DNA of 64,000 nucleotides from an uncultured bacterium. GTDB lineage: Bacteria; Patescibacteriota; CPR2; UBA1875; CAIMLA01. Below, piece after piece: positions 32,014-39,960 of the stretch (the first letter of the stretch is position 1; every line of letters begins with the position of its first letter). The notes beneath the pieces are model-generated. The model saw only the letters and a program-made list of their open reading frames with translations. It did no database searches and was not told the DNA's origin. The stretch lies in the NCBI GenBank assembly GCA_903842085.1, contig CAIMLA010000043.1:1563-65562 (forward strand), given 5' to 3'. A program made the position numbers and the translations under genes.

Positions 32014-32634
32014 ATGAAGAAAATTATTCCTAGTTTGGACTATGAAAGTGAACTTTGGCAAAACGGAGAGAAGATTGTGGCCGGCATCGATGAAGTTGGA
32101 CGTGGAGCTTGGGCAGGTCCAGTTGTTGCTGCGGCCGTTGTTTTTAAACCAGATCACAAACAAATAGATTTAGTCAAAGATTCGAAGATGCTGACACCCA
32201 GTCAAAGAGCCCGGCTAAATGAACAAATTCAAAGTTCATGTAAAAGTTACGGGATCGGCGTCGTTGATAATGTCATGATCGATCAGGTTAATATTGGAAC
32301 CGCCACTAAGCTAGCGATGCAGAAAGCCATCGAAAGTTTAGAAAACTACCCTGATTATATTTTAGTTGATGCGATGGAGTTAGATGGCTACTGCAACTGT
32401 CGATATCAGGCGGTTATCAAAGGTGATCAAATAATTTATTCAATATCATGTGCATCGATTGTGGCAAAAGTGGCTCGAGATAACATGATGTCAAAATTGG
32501 ACAAGAAATATGAACAGTATTTTTTTGACGTTCACAAAGGCTATGGTACCCAGAAACATCAGCAAGCCCTTCAAGAGCATGGCCCTTGCGACTTGCACAG
32601 ATATTCTTATAAGCCAGTCGGTAGAATGATCTAA
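32014..32634 (+). CDS. rnhB: Ribonuclease HII
   Basis: GIDEVGRGAWAGPVVAAAV and DSKMLTPSQR are RNase HII motifs. Confidence 0.88.
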   Translation: MKKIIPSLDYESELWQNGEKIVAGIDEVGRGAWAGPVVAAAVVFKPDHKQIDLVKDSKMLTPSQRARLNEQIQSSCKSYGIGVVDNVMIDQVNIGTATKLAMQKAIESLENYPDYILVDAMELDGYCNCRYQAVIKGDQIIYSISCASIVAKVARDNMMSKLDKKYEQYFFDVHKGYGTQKHQQALQEHGPCDLHRYSYKPVGRMI

Positions 32635-32730
32635 GGAAAACGATTGGAGGTAAAGGTGAAAGTTCCTAGCCAACGCTTTTAGATTGATAAGGGCCGGAAA
32701 AGACCACGAAGAGCTGGTGCCAACAAAGGC

Positions 32731-32759
32731 TTGACACAAATGATGCGAATGGCTATAAT
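32731..32759 (+). promoter_or_regulatory. Perfect-consensus sigma70 promoter upstream of nusA (TTGACA-17 nt-TATAAT)
   Basis: The -35 is at 32731-32736 and the -10 at 32754-32759, with a 17-nt spacer. Confidence 0.65.
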
Positions 32760-32817
32760 TAAATAGCAGTCGGATTTCGTGTCAGAAATACGACTTTTTT
32801 GTTAAAAAGGAGTGAAA

Positions 32818-34530
32818 ATGGATAAACAATTTACGTCAGCAATTGAGCAGATTTGTTCAGAAAAAAACCTATCTAAGGAAACGGTCTTATTAACCATACA
32901 GGACGCTTTAGCCGCTGCTTATAAAAAAGATTATGGGAATAAAAAACAAGAGGTCAGAGTAGAAATTACCGAAGACGGGGCCATTGTGGCGTTTATTAGC
33001 AAAGAGATAGTAGAGGACGTTGAGGACGAGACAATCCAAATTAGCCTTACTGACGCTTATAAATTTAAAAAAGATGCCAAGGCTGGAGACTTTATCGAAA
33101 TCAAAGATATTCCAAACGATTTTGGAAGAATCGCCGCCCAAACCGCAAAACAGGTTATTATTCAGAGAATTCGAGAAGCTGAAAGAGACATGGTTTTTGG
33201 TGAATACAAAGACAAAGAAGGAGAAGTCGTTAATGGCATAGTTCAAAGGATAGAAGGGAGCAATGTCATCATTGATCTAGGCAAGGCGACAGGCATTTTG
33301 TTTCCAAACGAACAAATCAGGGATGAACGCTATTATGTCGGTCAGAGATTAAAATTTTTTATAGTCAGGGTTGAACAAAGTGCCCGAGGCCCACAAATTG
33401 TTATTTCAAGGTCACATCCAGGGTTGGTAAAAAGATTATTTGAGCTTGAAGTCCCAGAGATTCTCTCTGGTGTGGTCGAGCTTAAATCAATTGCTCGCGA
33501 AGCAGGCGAGAGGACCAAGATTGCAGTTACCAGTAACCAAGACGGAGTCGATCCTGTTGGTTCTTGTGTTGGGCAAAGAGGGGTCCGGGTCCAGGCTGTC
33601 ATGTCAGAGATAGGGGAAGAAAAAATTGATATTATTTTGTGGAACGAAGATCCACGAGTTTATATAGCGAATGCTTTATCTCCTGCAAAGGTGAGTGAAA
33701 TAAAAATCGATGAAGTCGAGAAAAAGGCTGAGGTGATGGTCGCCGAAGATCAATTATCGTTAGCGATCGGTCGCAAAGGCCAGAATGTTAGATTGGCCGC
33801 GAAATTAGTTGGCTGGAATGTCGATATCCAAGGCGGAGACGAAGCTGGTGTGGAGGCAACTGCAAAAATGATGCATCCTGTCGAGGACAAAAGAGATCTT
33901 GAAGATGAAATCTTAAAAGCGGTGGAATCGTCAGACGGCTCAAACAGTCCCGCTGGGGCTAAAAAGGGTGCTCTGAAATCTAATCAAAAAGAAATAGTTG
34001 ATACACCAAAGGCCCCCGAGAAAGGGATAACTCTGGACATTCAGTCAGAAACTGAAGTCAAAACCGAGGACAAAACCTTAAAAATGGGGGAATCGTTAGA
34101 AGATACAAACAGTCCAACTGAGGTTGAGGAGACGGCCGCAGCATCTAATCAAAAAGAAACAAGCGTTAAATCAAGGACACCCGAGAAAGAGATGACGCCA
34201 GAGATTCAGCCAGAAGCTGAAACTAAAACCGAGAATAATAACAACATAGACGAAATTGCAGAAATTATTGAAGAAGAAAGCTCTTCAAAAAAACAAGACG
34301 AGGGAGCCAGCTCAGAAAAAAAGGAATTAACTCCAGACGTGATACAGCAAGAGACAGCGGCAGTTATTACCGAGAACGACCCTCAGTCTACCACTAATAA
34401 AATTCATGACTTTCACTCTAGTATCGACGAAGGAACTCCCGCACCAGTTGTAACAGAAAGCATTGCCACTGAGGACAGTGATGACATTGCTGCTATTTTA
34501 GACAAAGAAAAGGGCCAGAAACCCTCCTAA
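32818..34530 (+). CDS. nusA: Transcription termination/antitermination factor NusA with a low-complexity C-terminal extension of about 230 aa
   Basis: NusA N-terminal domain, S1 (GEVVNGIVQRIE), and KH1/KH2 (DPVGSCVGQRGVRVQAV, LAIGRKGQNVRLAAKL). The ATG at 32818 lies 7 nt after AAGGAG. Confidence 0.92.
   Translation: MDKQFTSAIEQICSEKNLSKETVLLTIQDALAAAYKKDYGNKKQEVRVEITEDGAIVAFISKEIVEDVEDETIQISLTDAYKFKKDAKAGDFIEIKDIPNDFGRIAAQTAKQVIIQRIREAERDMVFGEYKDKEGEVVNGIVQRIEGSNVIIDLGKATGILFPNEQIRDERYYVGQRLKFFIVRVEQSARGPQIVISRSHPGLVKRLFELEVPEILSGVVELKSIAREAGERTKIAVTSNQDGVDPVGSCVGQRGVRVQAVMSEIGEEKIDIILWNEDPRVYIANALSPAKVSEIKIDEVEKKAEVMVAEDQLSLAIGRKGQNVRLAAKLVGWNVDIQGGDEAGVEATAKMMHPVEDKRDLEDEILKAVESSDGSNSPAGAKKGALKSNQKEIVDTPKAPEKGITLDIQSETEVKTEDKTLKMGESLEDTNSPTEVEETAAASNQKETSVKSRTPEKEMTPEIQPEAETKTENNNNIDEIAEIIEEESSSKKQDEGASSEKKELTPDVIQQETAAVITENDPQSTTNKIHDFHSSIDEGTPAPVVTESIATEDSDDIAAILDKEKGQKPS
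33921..34250 (+). repeat. Two tandem diverged copies of about 165 bp (55 aa) inside the NusA tail
   Basis: ATCTAATCAAAAAGAAA occurs at 33978 and 34143, and AAAACCGAG at 34060 and 34225, both exactly 165 bp apart. At the protein level SNQKE..TPEK..IQ.E.E.KTE occurs twice. Confidence 0.6.
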
Positions 34531-34549
34531 AAAAATAGAGGTGAGCAAT

Positions 34550-37042
34550 ATGAATAATCAATTTGATCGTTTTAGCGAAAACGCTAAAAAAAGCTTAATC
34601 TATGCACAAGAAATAGCAAGCCAAGGTAGTACTAATATTGATACCGCGATGATACTATTTGGTTTTTTGAGTAATCCAAATAGTACAGCCTGTGAAATTC
34701 TGGTTCACGCTGGTGTTAAAAAAGATAAAGTATTAGAAAATATTGTTCCTGGACAAACCGTCAAAACTACATCAGAACCAAAAAACGGCTTGAGCTATCA
34801 AGCCCAGAAGACTTTGGAGAGTGCTCTTGCCTTCGCTCATCGAAATGGTGATAGCGTCGTTGGCACTGAGCATATTTTATATTCGATCATGAATCAAAAA
34901 AAATCAGAAGGCTTGCAGCTTCTGGAAAAATTAAACGTTCCAATTGAAAAGATAAACCTTCAACTTGATGATTTATTCCAAGAGGTTGATGCCGAGGGAA
35001 CCTTTCCAGGGCTTGACTTAGATGAGATCGGAATGCAGCCAAGGAAAAAAAATAAACAAGAATCAAGCCTCGAGAAGTTTAGCACTAATATAACGAAGCA
35101 AGCTCAAGAAGGGAAACTGGATCCGGTTATCGGTCGAGAAAAAGAAGAGTCACGAATAATCTCAATCTTAAACAGAAGGACCAAGAATAACCCAGTCCTA
35201 ATAGGTGAGCCAGGGGTTGGCAAAACTGCGATTATTGAGGGCTTGGCACAGCGAATTGTGGCCGAACACGTCCCAGAGATGCTTTTGAATAAAAAAGTTC
35301 TAATCTTGGATTTGGCTGGAGTTGTCGCCGGAACAAAATACCGAGGCGAATTTGAAGAACGACTGATGAATATTATTCGCGAAGCCAAGGCCGACAAAAA
35401 TGCGATCCTTTTTATTGACGAATTGCATAATTTAGTCGGTACTGGAGCGGCCGAAGGAGCCATCGACGCGGCAAATATCTTAAAACCCGCTTTATCCAGA
35501 GGGGAAATTCAGGTTATTGGAGCAACGACCTTGGATGAATACCGAAAGTATATAGAAAAAGATGCAGCCCTAGAAAGGCGTTTTCAGCCGATCCTTGTAG
35601 CCGAACCGACGGTTGAAGAGACATTAAAGATATTACAAGGGGTAAGATCAAAATTTGAGGAATATCACAAAGTAAAGATAACTGATGATGCTCTTGAGGA
35701 GGCGGCTCGTTCGTCCAGTCGCTACATCTCTGATCGGTTCTTGCCAGATAAGGCAATTGATTTAATCGACGAGGCAGCGAGCTTGCAGCGAATAAAAAAG
35801 GGGAATCTTTCAAAAAATATTCTCAGAGCTCAAAAGGAAATTAAAACTGTCATTGGCAAAAAGGAAGAAGCGGTAATCAATGAAAACTTTGAATATGCGG
35901 CTGAGTTAAAACAGAAAGAAAGCATTCTAAATACCAAATTAAATAACCTAAGGAAAAGGGAAGGGCTAAATGAAAGTTCCTTACCTGTCATTGATCGTGA
36001 AAACATCGCGGAAGTGATATCTATTTCAACTGGGATACCTGTCACAAGGTTAATTCAGAAAGAGTCAGAAAGCTTATTGAACCTAGAAGCATCTCTTAGG
36101 AAAAATATTATTGGCCAAGACGAAGCCACCCAAGTTGTCGCTAGTGCAATAAGACGATCTCGAACCGGTGTTTCTGACACCAAAAGACCGATCGGATCTT
36201 TTATGTTTTTGGGACCGACTGGAGTTGGTAAAACAGAGCTTGCTAAAGTTCTAGCACGAGAAGTTTTTGGGAATGAAGAGGCTTTGGTCAAAGTTGATAT
36301 GTCCGAATTTATGGAAAAACATAATGTTTCCAGGTTGGTTGGCGCTCCTGCCGGTTATGTCGGCTATGAAGAAAGCGGACAGTTAACAGAAACTATCAGA
36401 CGGAAGCCGTACTGTGTTGTCTTGATGGATGAAATAGAAAAAGCTCATCCTGATGTTTTTAACCTTTTATTACAAATATTAGAAGACGGATACCTCACTG
36501 ATGCTAAAGGTTTGAAAGTTGATTTTCGGAATACGATTATTATTATGACCTCAAATGTAGGCGCTTCGCGGCTAAACAAAGAAGTCAAATTAGGTTTTTC
36601 GGCCAGTGCCAAAAACTTTGAGCATGAACTTGAGGAAGAGCACCAAAAAAACACAGAATTTATTATGGAAGATCTTAAAAAACAATTCAAGCCGGAGTTT
36701 ATTAATCGTCTTGATAAGATCGTTGTTTTTCGGGCCTTGACTCATCTAAATATGAAAAAGATAGTGAATCTGCAGCTGATGGATTTAGCAAAAAGGCTTG
36801 AGAACAAAAAGATATATCTAAAAGTTGCTGAATCGGCTAAGGCACTTTTAGTTATCCGTGGGTATGATCAAGAAAATGGGGCACGACCCTTACGACGAGT
36901 TATTCAGAATTTAATTGAGGATCCATTAGCAAATGGGATCCTTTCAAAGGAATTTGTAAATGGGGATACGATCTCGGTTTTAAAAGAAAAGGATGATCTC
37001 CGTCTATTTGTCCAAGAGACCGCGACAAAACAAAAAAATTAA
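34550..37042 (+). CDS. clpC: ATP-dependent Clp protease ATP-binding subunit ClpC-like (class I AAA+)
   Basis: Clp_N repeats, two AAA modules (GEPGVGKTA, GPTGVGKTE), a UVR-like linker and a ClpB_D2-small C-terminus. The ATG at 34550 follows AGAGGTGAG. Confidence 0.88.
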   Translation: MNNQFDRFSENAKKSLIYAQEIASQGSTNIDTAMILFGFLSNPNSTACEILVHAGVKKDKVLENIVPGQTVKTTSEPKNGLSYQAQKTLESALAFAHRNGDSVVGTEHILYSIMNQKKSEGLQLLEKLNVPIEKINLQLDDLFQEVDAEGTFPGLDLDEIGMQPRKKNKQESSLEKFSTNITKQAQEGKLDPVIGREKEESRIISILNRRTKNNPVLIGEPGVGKTAIIEGLAQRIVAEHVPEMLLNKKVLILDLAGVVAGTKYRGEFEERLMNIIREAKADKNAILFIDELHNLVGTGAAEGAIDAANILKPALSRGEIQVIGATTLDEYRKYIEKDAALERRFQPILVAEPTVEETLKILQGVRSKFEEYHKVKITDDALEEAARSSSRYISDRFLPDKAIDLIDEAASLQRIKKGNLSKNILRAQKEIKTVIGKKEEAVINENFEYAAELKQKESILNTKLNNLRKREGLNESSLPVIDRENIAEVISISTGIPVTRLIQKESESLLNLEASLRKNIIGQDEATQVVASAIRRSRTGVSDTKRPIGSFMFLGPTGVGKTELAKVLAREVFGNEEALVKVDMSEFMEKHNVSRLVGAPAGYVGYEESGQLTETIRRKPYCVVLMDEIEKAHPDVFNLLLQILEDGYLTDAKGLKVDFRNTIIIMTSNVGASRLNKEVKLGFSASAKNFEHELEEEHQKNTEFIMEDLKKQFKPEFINRLDKIVVFRALTHLNMKKIVNLQLMDLAKRLENKKIYLKVAESAKALLVIRGYDQENGARPLRRVIQNLIEDPLANGILSKEFVNGDTISVLKEKDDLRLFVQETATKQKN

Positions 37043-37058
37043 TCGTAAATGATTAATA

Positions 37059-37067
37059 TGGTATAAT
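37059..37067 (+). promoter_or_regulatory. Extended -10 promoter element (TGgTATAAT) upstream of the PIN/TRAM gene
   Basis: TG at 37059-37060 and TATAAT at 37062-37067. The GGAGG RBS and the ATG at 37088 follow. Confidence 0.45.
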
Positions 37068-37087
37068 AAAATTGTCCGTGGAGGACA

Positions 37088-38023
37088 ATGAATACTTTGT
37101 TTGTCTTTATCGCGATAACTCTCGTAGTTATGGCCATTATCTTTGAACTTATTGAGCGGGTAGCTAAGCTTTCTATGCGCAGTTTTTTTATTGTATTATC
37201 AGCGGCGTTTGTTGGGCTTGTGATGGGAGCCTTATTGACCCTTCCTCTTAGCAAAACACCTGGCTATTTAGGTGAATGGTTACCTCTCGTTTTTACAGTC
37301 TTATTAGTTTTTGGTTTTGTCACTTTTTTTTGGCGGCAGAAGGAGGCAGTCAACAAATGGTTTGATGCCATCAATAAATCTCTGTCAGTCCTAAAAAACG
37401 TTGGCGCTCAAACACACCCGCAAAACAGTGTGGCGGTTGTTGATACTTCAGTTTTAATTGATGGTCGCATCTCTGACATCATTCGGACTGGGTTTTGGTT
37501 CTACAAAATAATAATACCTAGATTTATTTTGGCAGAGTTACAAACAATTGCTGATTCAACTGATTCAGATCGAAGAGCTAAAGGTCGAAGAGGGCTTGAT
37601 ATTATTGGGACCTTACGCAAAAGCAAGGAAGTAAAAGTAGAAATTAGCAATCTCGATTTTCCAGAAATTGGCGAGGTTGATGCAAAACTAGTGGCGATAG
37701 CAAAAAAACAGAATTTATTATTGTTAACGACTGATTTTAACCTAAATAAAGTTGCCAAGGCCGAGGGACTGAAGGTTTTAAATATTAATGAGCTTGCTCA
37801 AGGATTACGGCCAGTAATCTTGCCGGGCGAAGAATTAGAATTAAAGCTCGTTCATTTGGGTAAAGAAAAAAGCCAAGGAGTCGGGTACCTTCCTGACGGC
37901 ACTATGATTGTTGTTGAAAGGGGAGGAAGTCTCATTGATAAAACAGTTAAGGTTAAAATTACCAGAACTCTCCAAACGGCAGCTGGTAAAATGTTTTTTT
38001 CAAAGATAGTCGATGCTAAATAA
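37088..38023 (+). CDS. PIN/TRAM-domain membrane protein (YacL-like)
   Basis: N-terminal TM helices, a PIN domain (VVDTSVLIDGRI...LLLTTDFNLNKVA) and a C-terminal TRAM (GVGYLPDGTMIVVE). Confidence 0.78.
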   Translation: MNTLFVFIAITLVVMAIIFELIERVAKLSMRSFFIVLSAAFVGLVMGALLTLPLSKTPGYLGEWLPLVFTVLLVFGFVTFFWRQKEAVNKWFDAINKSLSVLKNVGAQTHPQNSVAVVDTSVLIDGRISDIIRTGFWFYKIIIPRFILAELQTIADSTDSDRRAKGRRGLDIIGTLRKSKEVKVEISNLDFPEIGEVDAKLVAIAKKQNLLLLTTDFNLNKVAKAEGLKVLNINELAQGLRPVILPGEELELKLVHLGKEKSQGVGYLPDGTMIVVERGGSLIDKTVKVKITRTLQTAAGKMFFSKIVDAK

Positions 38024-38912
38024 TTTACAAAAAAGCGTAACTCTCGCACCCTATACGACTTATAGAATTGGAGGTAACGCTGATTATTTTTTTGTCGCAA
38101 AAACAAAAGAAGCCTTAATCGAGGCTTTGGCGTGGGCGAGCAAGGAGGGGATAGCTTATGTCATAATCGGCGGGGGAAGCAATCTTTTAATCTCAGACGC
38201 AGGTTTCCGTGGCTTAGTTATATTAAATCGATCAAATAAATACTCAATATCTGATGGTCTGGTGATATCAGAGAGTGGGATGATTTTATCAACCCTGGCT
38301 CGAAAAACAGTTGATTTAAGTTTAAGTAATTTGGATTTTGCGATGAATATTCCGGGTACCGTTGGCGGAGCGGTTGTTGGTAATGCGGGAGCTTACGGTA
38401 AAGAAATCTCTAATTCCTTAGATTCAGCCCTGGTTTGGTCTGCCAAAGAAGGACTAAAAAAACATCTGAAGGAGGATTTAGGGTTTGCTTATCGATCGTC
38501 GACCTTAAAAAACAACCATGAATCGGTTTTAATCGAAGCCGAATTTCAAATGCAAAAAGAAGATAAGGAGCTGATGCTTGAAAAAGCTAAAAGCGATTTA
38601 GAAAAAAGAAAACATGACTATCAAGGTTTATCCTGTGGTAGCTATTTCAAAAACCCAATCAATAAAAAAATAAATTTAAACAAAGAAACGATTGATAACC
38701 CCTCAGCTGGATTATTAATTGATAGTTTAGGCTTAAAAGGGCTCTCTGTTGGTGGAGCGAGTGTTAGTAAATATCATGCTAATGTTATCGTCAATAAAAA
38801 CAAAGCAACTGCAAAAGATATTATAAATCTTGAGAAATTAATTATTAAAAAAGTGAAAGAGAGATATGATATCGAGCTACAATCAGAGGTGACAAAAATA
38901 GGTATAGTTTAG
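38013..38912 (+). CDS. murB: UDP-N-acetylenolpyruvoylglucosamine reductase
   Basis: LAPYTTYRIGGNADYF, GGGSNLL and GSYFKNP are MurB motifs. The start overlaps the previous gene by 11 nt. Confidence 0.88.
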   Translation: MLNNLQKSVTLAPYTTYRIGGNADYFFVAKTKEALIEALAWASKEGIAYVIIGGGSNLLISDAGFRGLVILNRSNKYSISDGLVISESGMILSTLARKTVDLSLSNLDFAMNIPGTVGGAVVGNAGAYGKEISNSLDSALVWSAKEGLKKHLKEDLGFAYRSSTLKNNHESVLIEAEFQMQKEDKELMLEKAKSDLEKRKHDYQGLSCGSYFKNPINKKINLNKETIDNPSAGLLIDSLGLKGLSVGGASVSKYHANVIVNKNKATAKDIINLEKLIIKKVKERYDIELQSEVTKIGIV

Positions 38913-38938
38913 TAATTTTATTTATCTTGGAAACAAAA

Positions 38939-38968
38939 AGGGTGCCGATTGGCACTCTCTATTTATTG
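38939..38968 (+). terminator. Terminator candidate after murB
   Basis: AGGGTGCC-GATT-GGCACTCT forms 8 bp including one G-U, followed by the T-rich CTATTTATTGTT. Confidence 0.5.
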
Positions 38969-38994
38969 TTACTAAATATTTTTCATTAGAGTTA

Positions 38995-39009
38995 TGACAA
39001 AGCAAGGTT
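38995..39009 (+). repeat. Left arm of the 15-bp perfect inverted repeat
   Basis: TGACAAAGCAAGGTT, followed by GGTAAAGT. The right arm is followed, on its own strand, by ATCCTA-GGCTAAAGT. Confidence 0.9.
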
Positions 39010-39026
39010 GGTAAAGTATGTTGGGA

Positions 39027-39059
39027 GGGCGGAGCGCACAGAATGTGTGCACTCCGCCC
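39027..39059 (-). terminator. GC-rich 13-bp hairpin 20 nt downstream of the high-GC ORF stop
   Basis: GGGCGGAG-C-GCACA-GAATG-TGTGC-A-CTCCGCCC. No clear U-tract follows on the minus strand, so terminator function is uncertain. An alternative helix is GCGCACA (39034-39040) with TGTGCGC (39062-39068). Confidence 0.45.
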
Positions 39060-39078
39060 AATGTGCGCGTTTTAAAGG

Positions 39079-39624
39079 CTAGGCCTTGGCGCGAGCCCGC
39101 TTCTTGGCGTTTTTGGTTTTGCCCCCGGCGGGGGCCGGCTTGGCCCCGCTGGACCCCTTCTCAGGGCCGGCCGTCGATGTGGCGAGCTTCCTCGCCCTCT
39201 GGGCGGCTTTTCGAGCCTCCAGAGTTTGGGGGTCGGCTTTGGCCCGCTGTGGCCGATTCAGGTTCCGGAGAACCCGAACGGCTTCAGCAAGAAAGAGGGG
39301 ATTGAGGTACCTCTCGGCACTCTCGACCCCGTGTTCCCGACAGAGGTAAAATGCTACCTCTGCGAGGAACCGTCTTGTCTGATTGAATTCTCCGTCCAAA
39401 ATCGCGGTTTTCACCGCGGAAAAATGGACGTGGTAAGCTTTCAAAGCCATGACTCGTCTCGACACCGAGTCGATCTTGACTCGGCCCTGGTTGGATATGA
39501 AGACCAACCAGCTTTCGAGGCAGCCCATCAGGGCCTCCTCAGAGTCGATGTTGAGTGCCGTTTCGAACTCCTGGTAACGCTGGGCATTCGGCCCAACGGT
39601 TATGGTGATGACGACGTCCGACAT
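39079..39624 (-). CDS. Hypothetical protein, high GC, with a basic Lys/Ala/Pro/Arg-rich C-terminal tail
   Basis: 181 aa, with AAGGAG 5 nt upstream of the ATG. Third codon positions are strongly G/C-biased in this frame only (about three quarters of the first 28 codons). The tail reads ...RKAAQRARKLATSTAGPEKGSSGAKPAPAGGKTKNAKKRARAKA. No family was recognised for residues 1-130. Confidence 0.7.
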   Translation of the reverse strand: MSDVVITITVGPNAQRYQEFETALNIDSEEALMGCLESWLVFISNQGRVKIDSVSRRVMALKAYHVHFSAVKTAILDGEFNQTRRFLAEVAFYLCREHGVESAERYLNPLFLAEAVRVLRNLNRPQRAKADPQTLEARKAAQRARKLATSTAGPEKGSSGAKPAPAGGKTKNAKKRARAKA

Positions 39625-39717
39625 CTCGACTCCTTTTGCGTGGTTTTAAGAACAAAAATATACTTTAAGGCTTTTAGAACACTACTATTTTGCAATAGAG
39701 TGACTTTAGCCTAGGAT

Positions 39718-39732
39718 AACCTTGCTTTGTCA
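39718..39732 (-). repeat. Right arm of the 15-bp perfect inverted repeat
   Basis: The plus strand reads AACCTTGCTTTGTCA, which is the reverse complement of 38995-39009. Confidence 0.9.
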
Positions 39733-39779
39733 ATGAGCTTTGGTACTTCGAAAAAGTTTAACTCTCTCGAACAGCGAAT

Positions 39780-39808
39780 ATAATAGCATAAACAGAGCTA
39801 ATAGTCAA
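39780..39808 (-). promoter_or_regulatory. Sigma70-like promoter facing the high-GC ORF, located outside the right inverted repeat (TTGACT-17 nt-TATTAT on the minus strand)
   Basis: The minus strand reads TTGACT attagctctgtttatgc TATTAT. The -35 is at 39803-39808 and the -10 at 39780-39785. It would give a 5' UTR of about 150 nt that includes the right repeat arm. Confidence 0.45.
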
Positions 39809-39905
39809 GTGTTTTGTGGAGACTAATTGAGAAGATATATTGCAGATAAAACAAGAAGCCGCTCGATTGACATATTCGCGAAAACACATCTCACTTGCGG
39901 CTCCA

Positions 39906-39960
39906 ACTATAGTTTAACAACACGCCTAATTTTAGGCAGCTTGTTGTATTCAGCTATAGT
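39906..39960. other. Nested three-helix hairpin in non-coding DNA (candidate structured RNA element)
   Basis: ACTATAG-TTTA-ACAACA-C-GCCTA-ATTT-TAGGC-AGCT-TGTTGT-ATTCAG-CTATAGT gives 7+6+5 = 18 Watson-Crick pairs within 55 nt. The strand is unknown. Confidence 0.35.

Larger units (their letters stand above)
38995..39732. mobile_element. Inverted-repeat-bounded, compositionally foreign single-gene cassette (candidate non-autonomous mobile or invertible element)
   Basis: TGACAAAGCAAGGTT at 38995-39009 and its exact reverse complement AACCTTGCTTTGTCA at 39718-39732. The repeats bracket a block of about 59% GC (hand count over 39061-39640), against about 33% in the adjacent flank. Confidence 0.4.

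Noticed and set aside
39018-39714. Three long plus-strand ORFs (39018-39305, 39086-39349, 39226-39714) overlapping the high-GC block
   Set aside because: High-GC DNA is stop-codon-poor in every frame. Only the minus-strand frame (39079-39624) shows G/C-biased third positions and a properly spaced AAGGAG RBS. The plus-strand products are Arg/Pro/Trp-rich nonsense typical of antisense translation.
39867-39895. TTGACA at 39867-39872 as a plus-strand promoter
   Set aside because: No acceptable -10 hexamer lies 16-18 nt downstream (CTCACT), and there is nothing downstream for it to drive.
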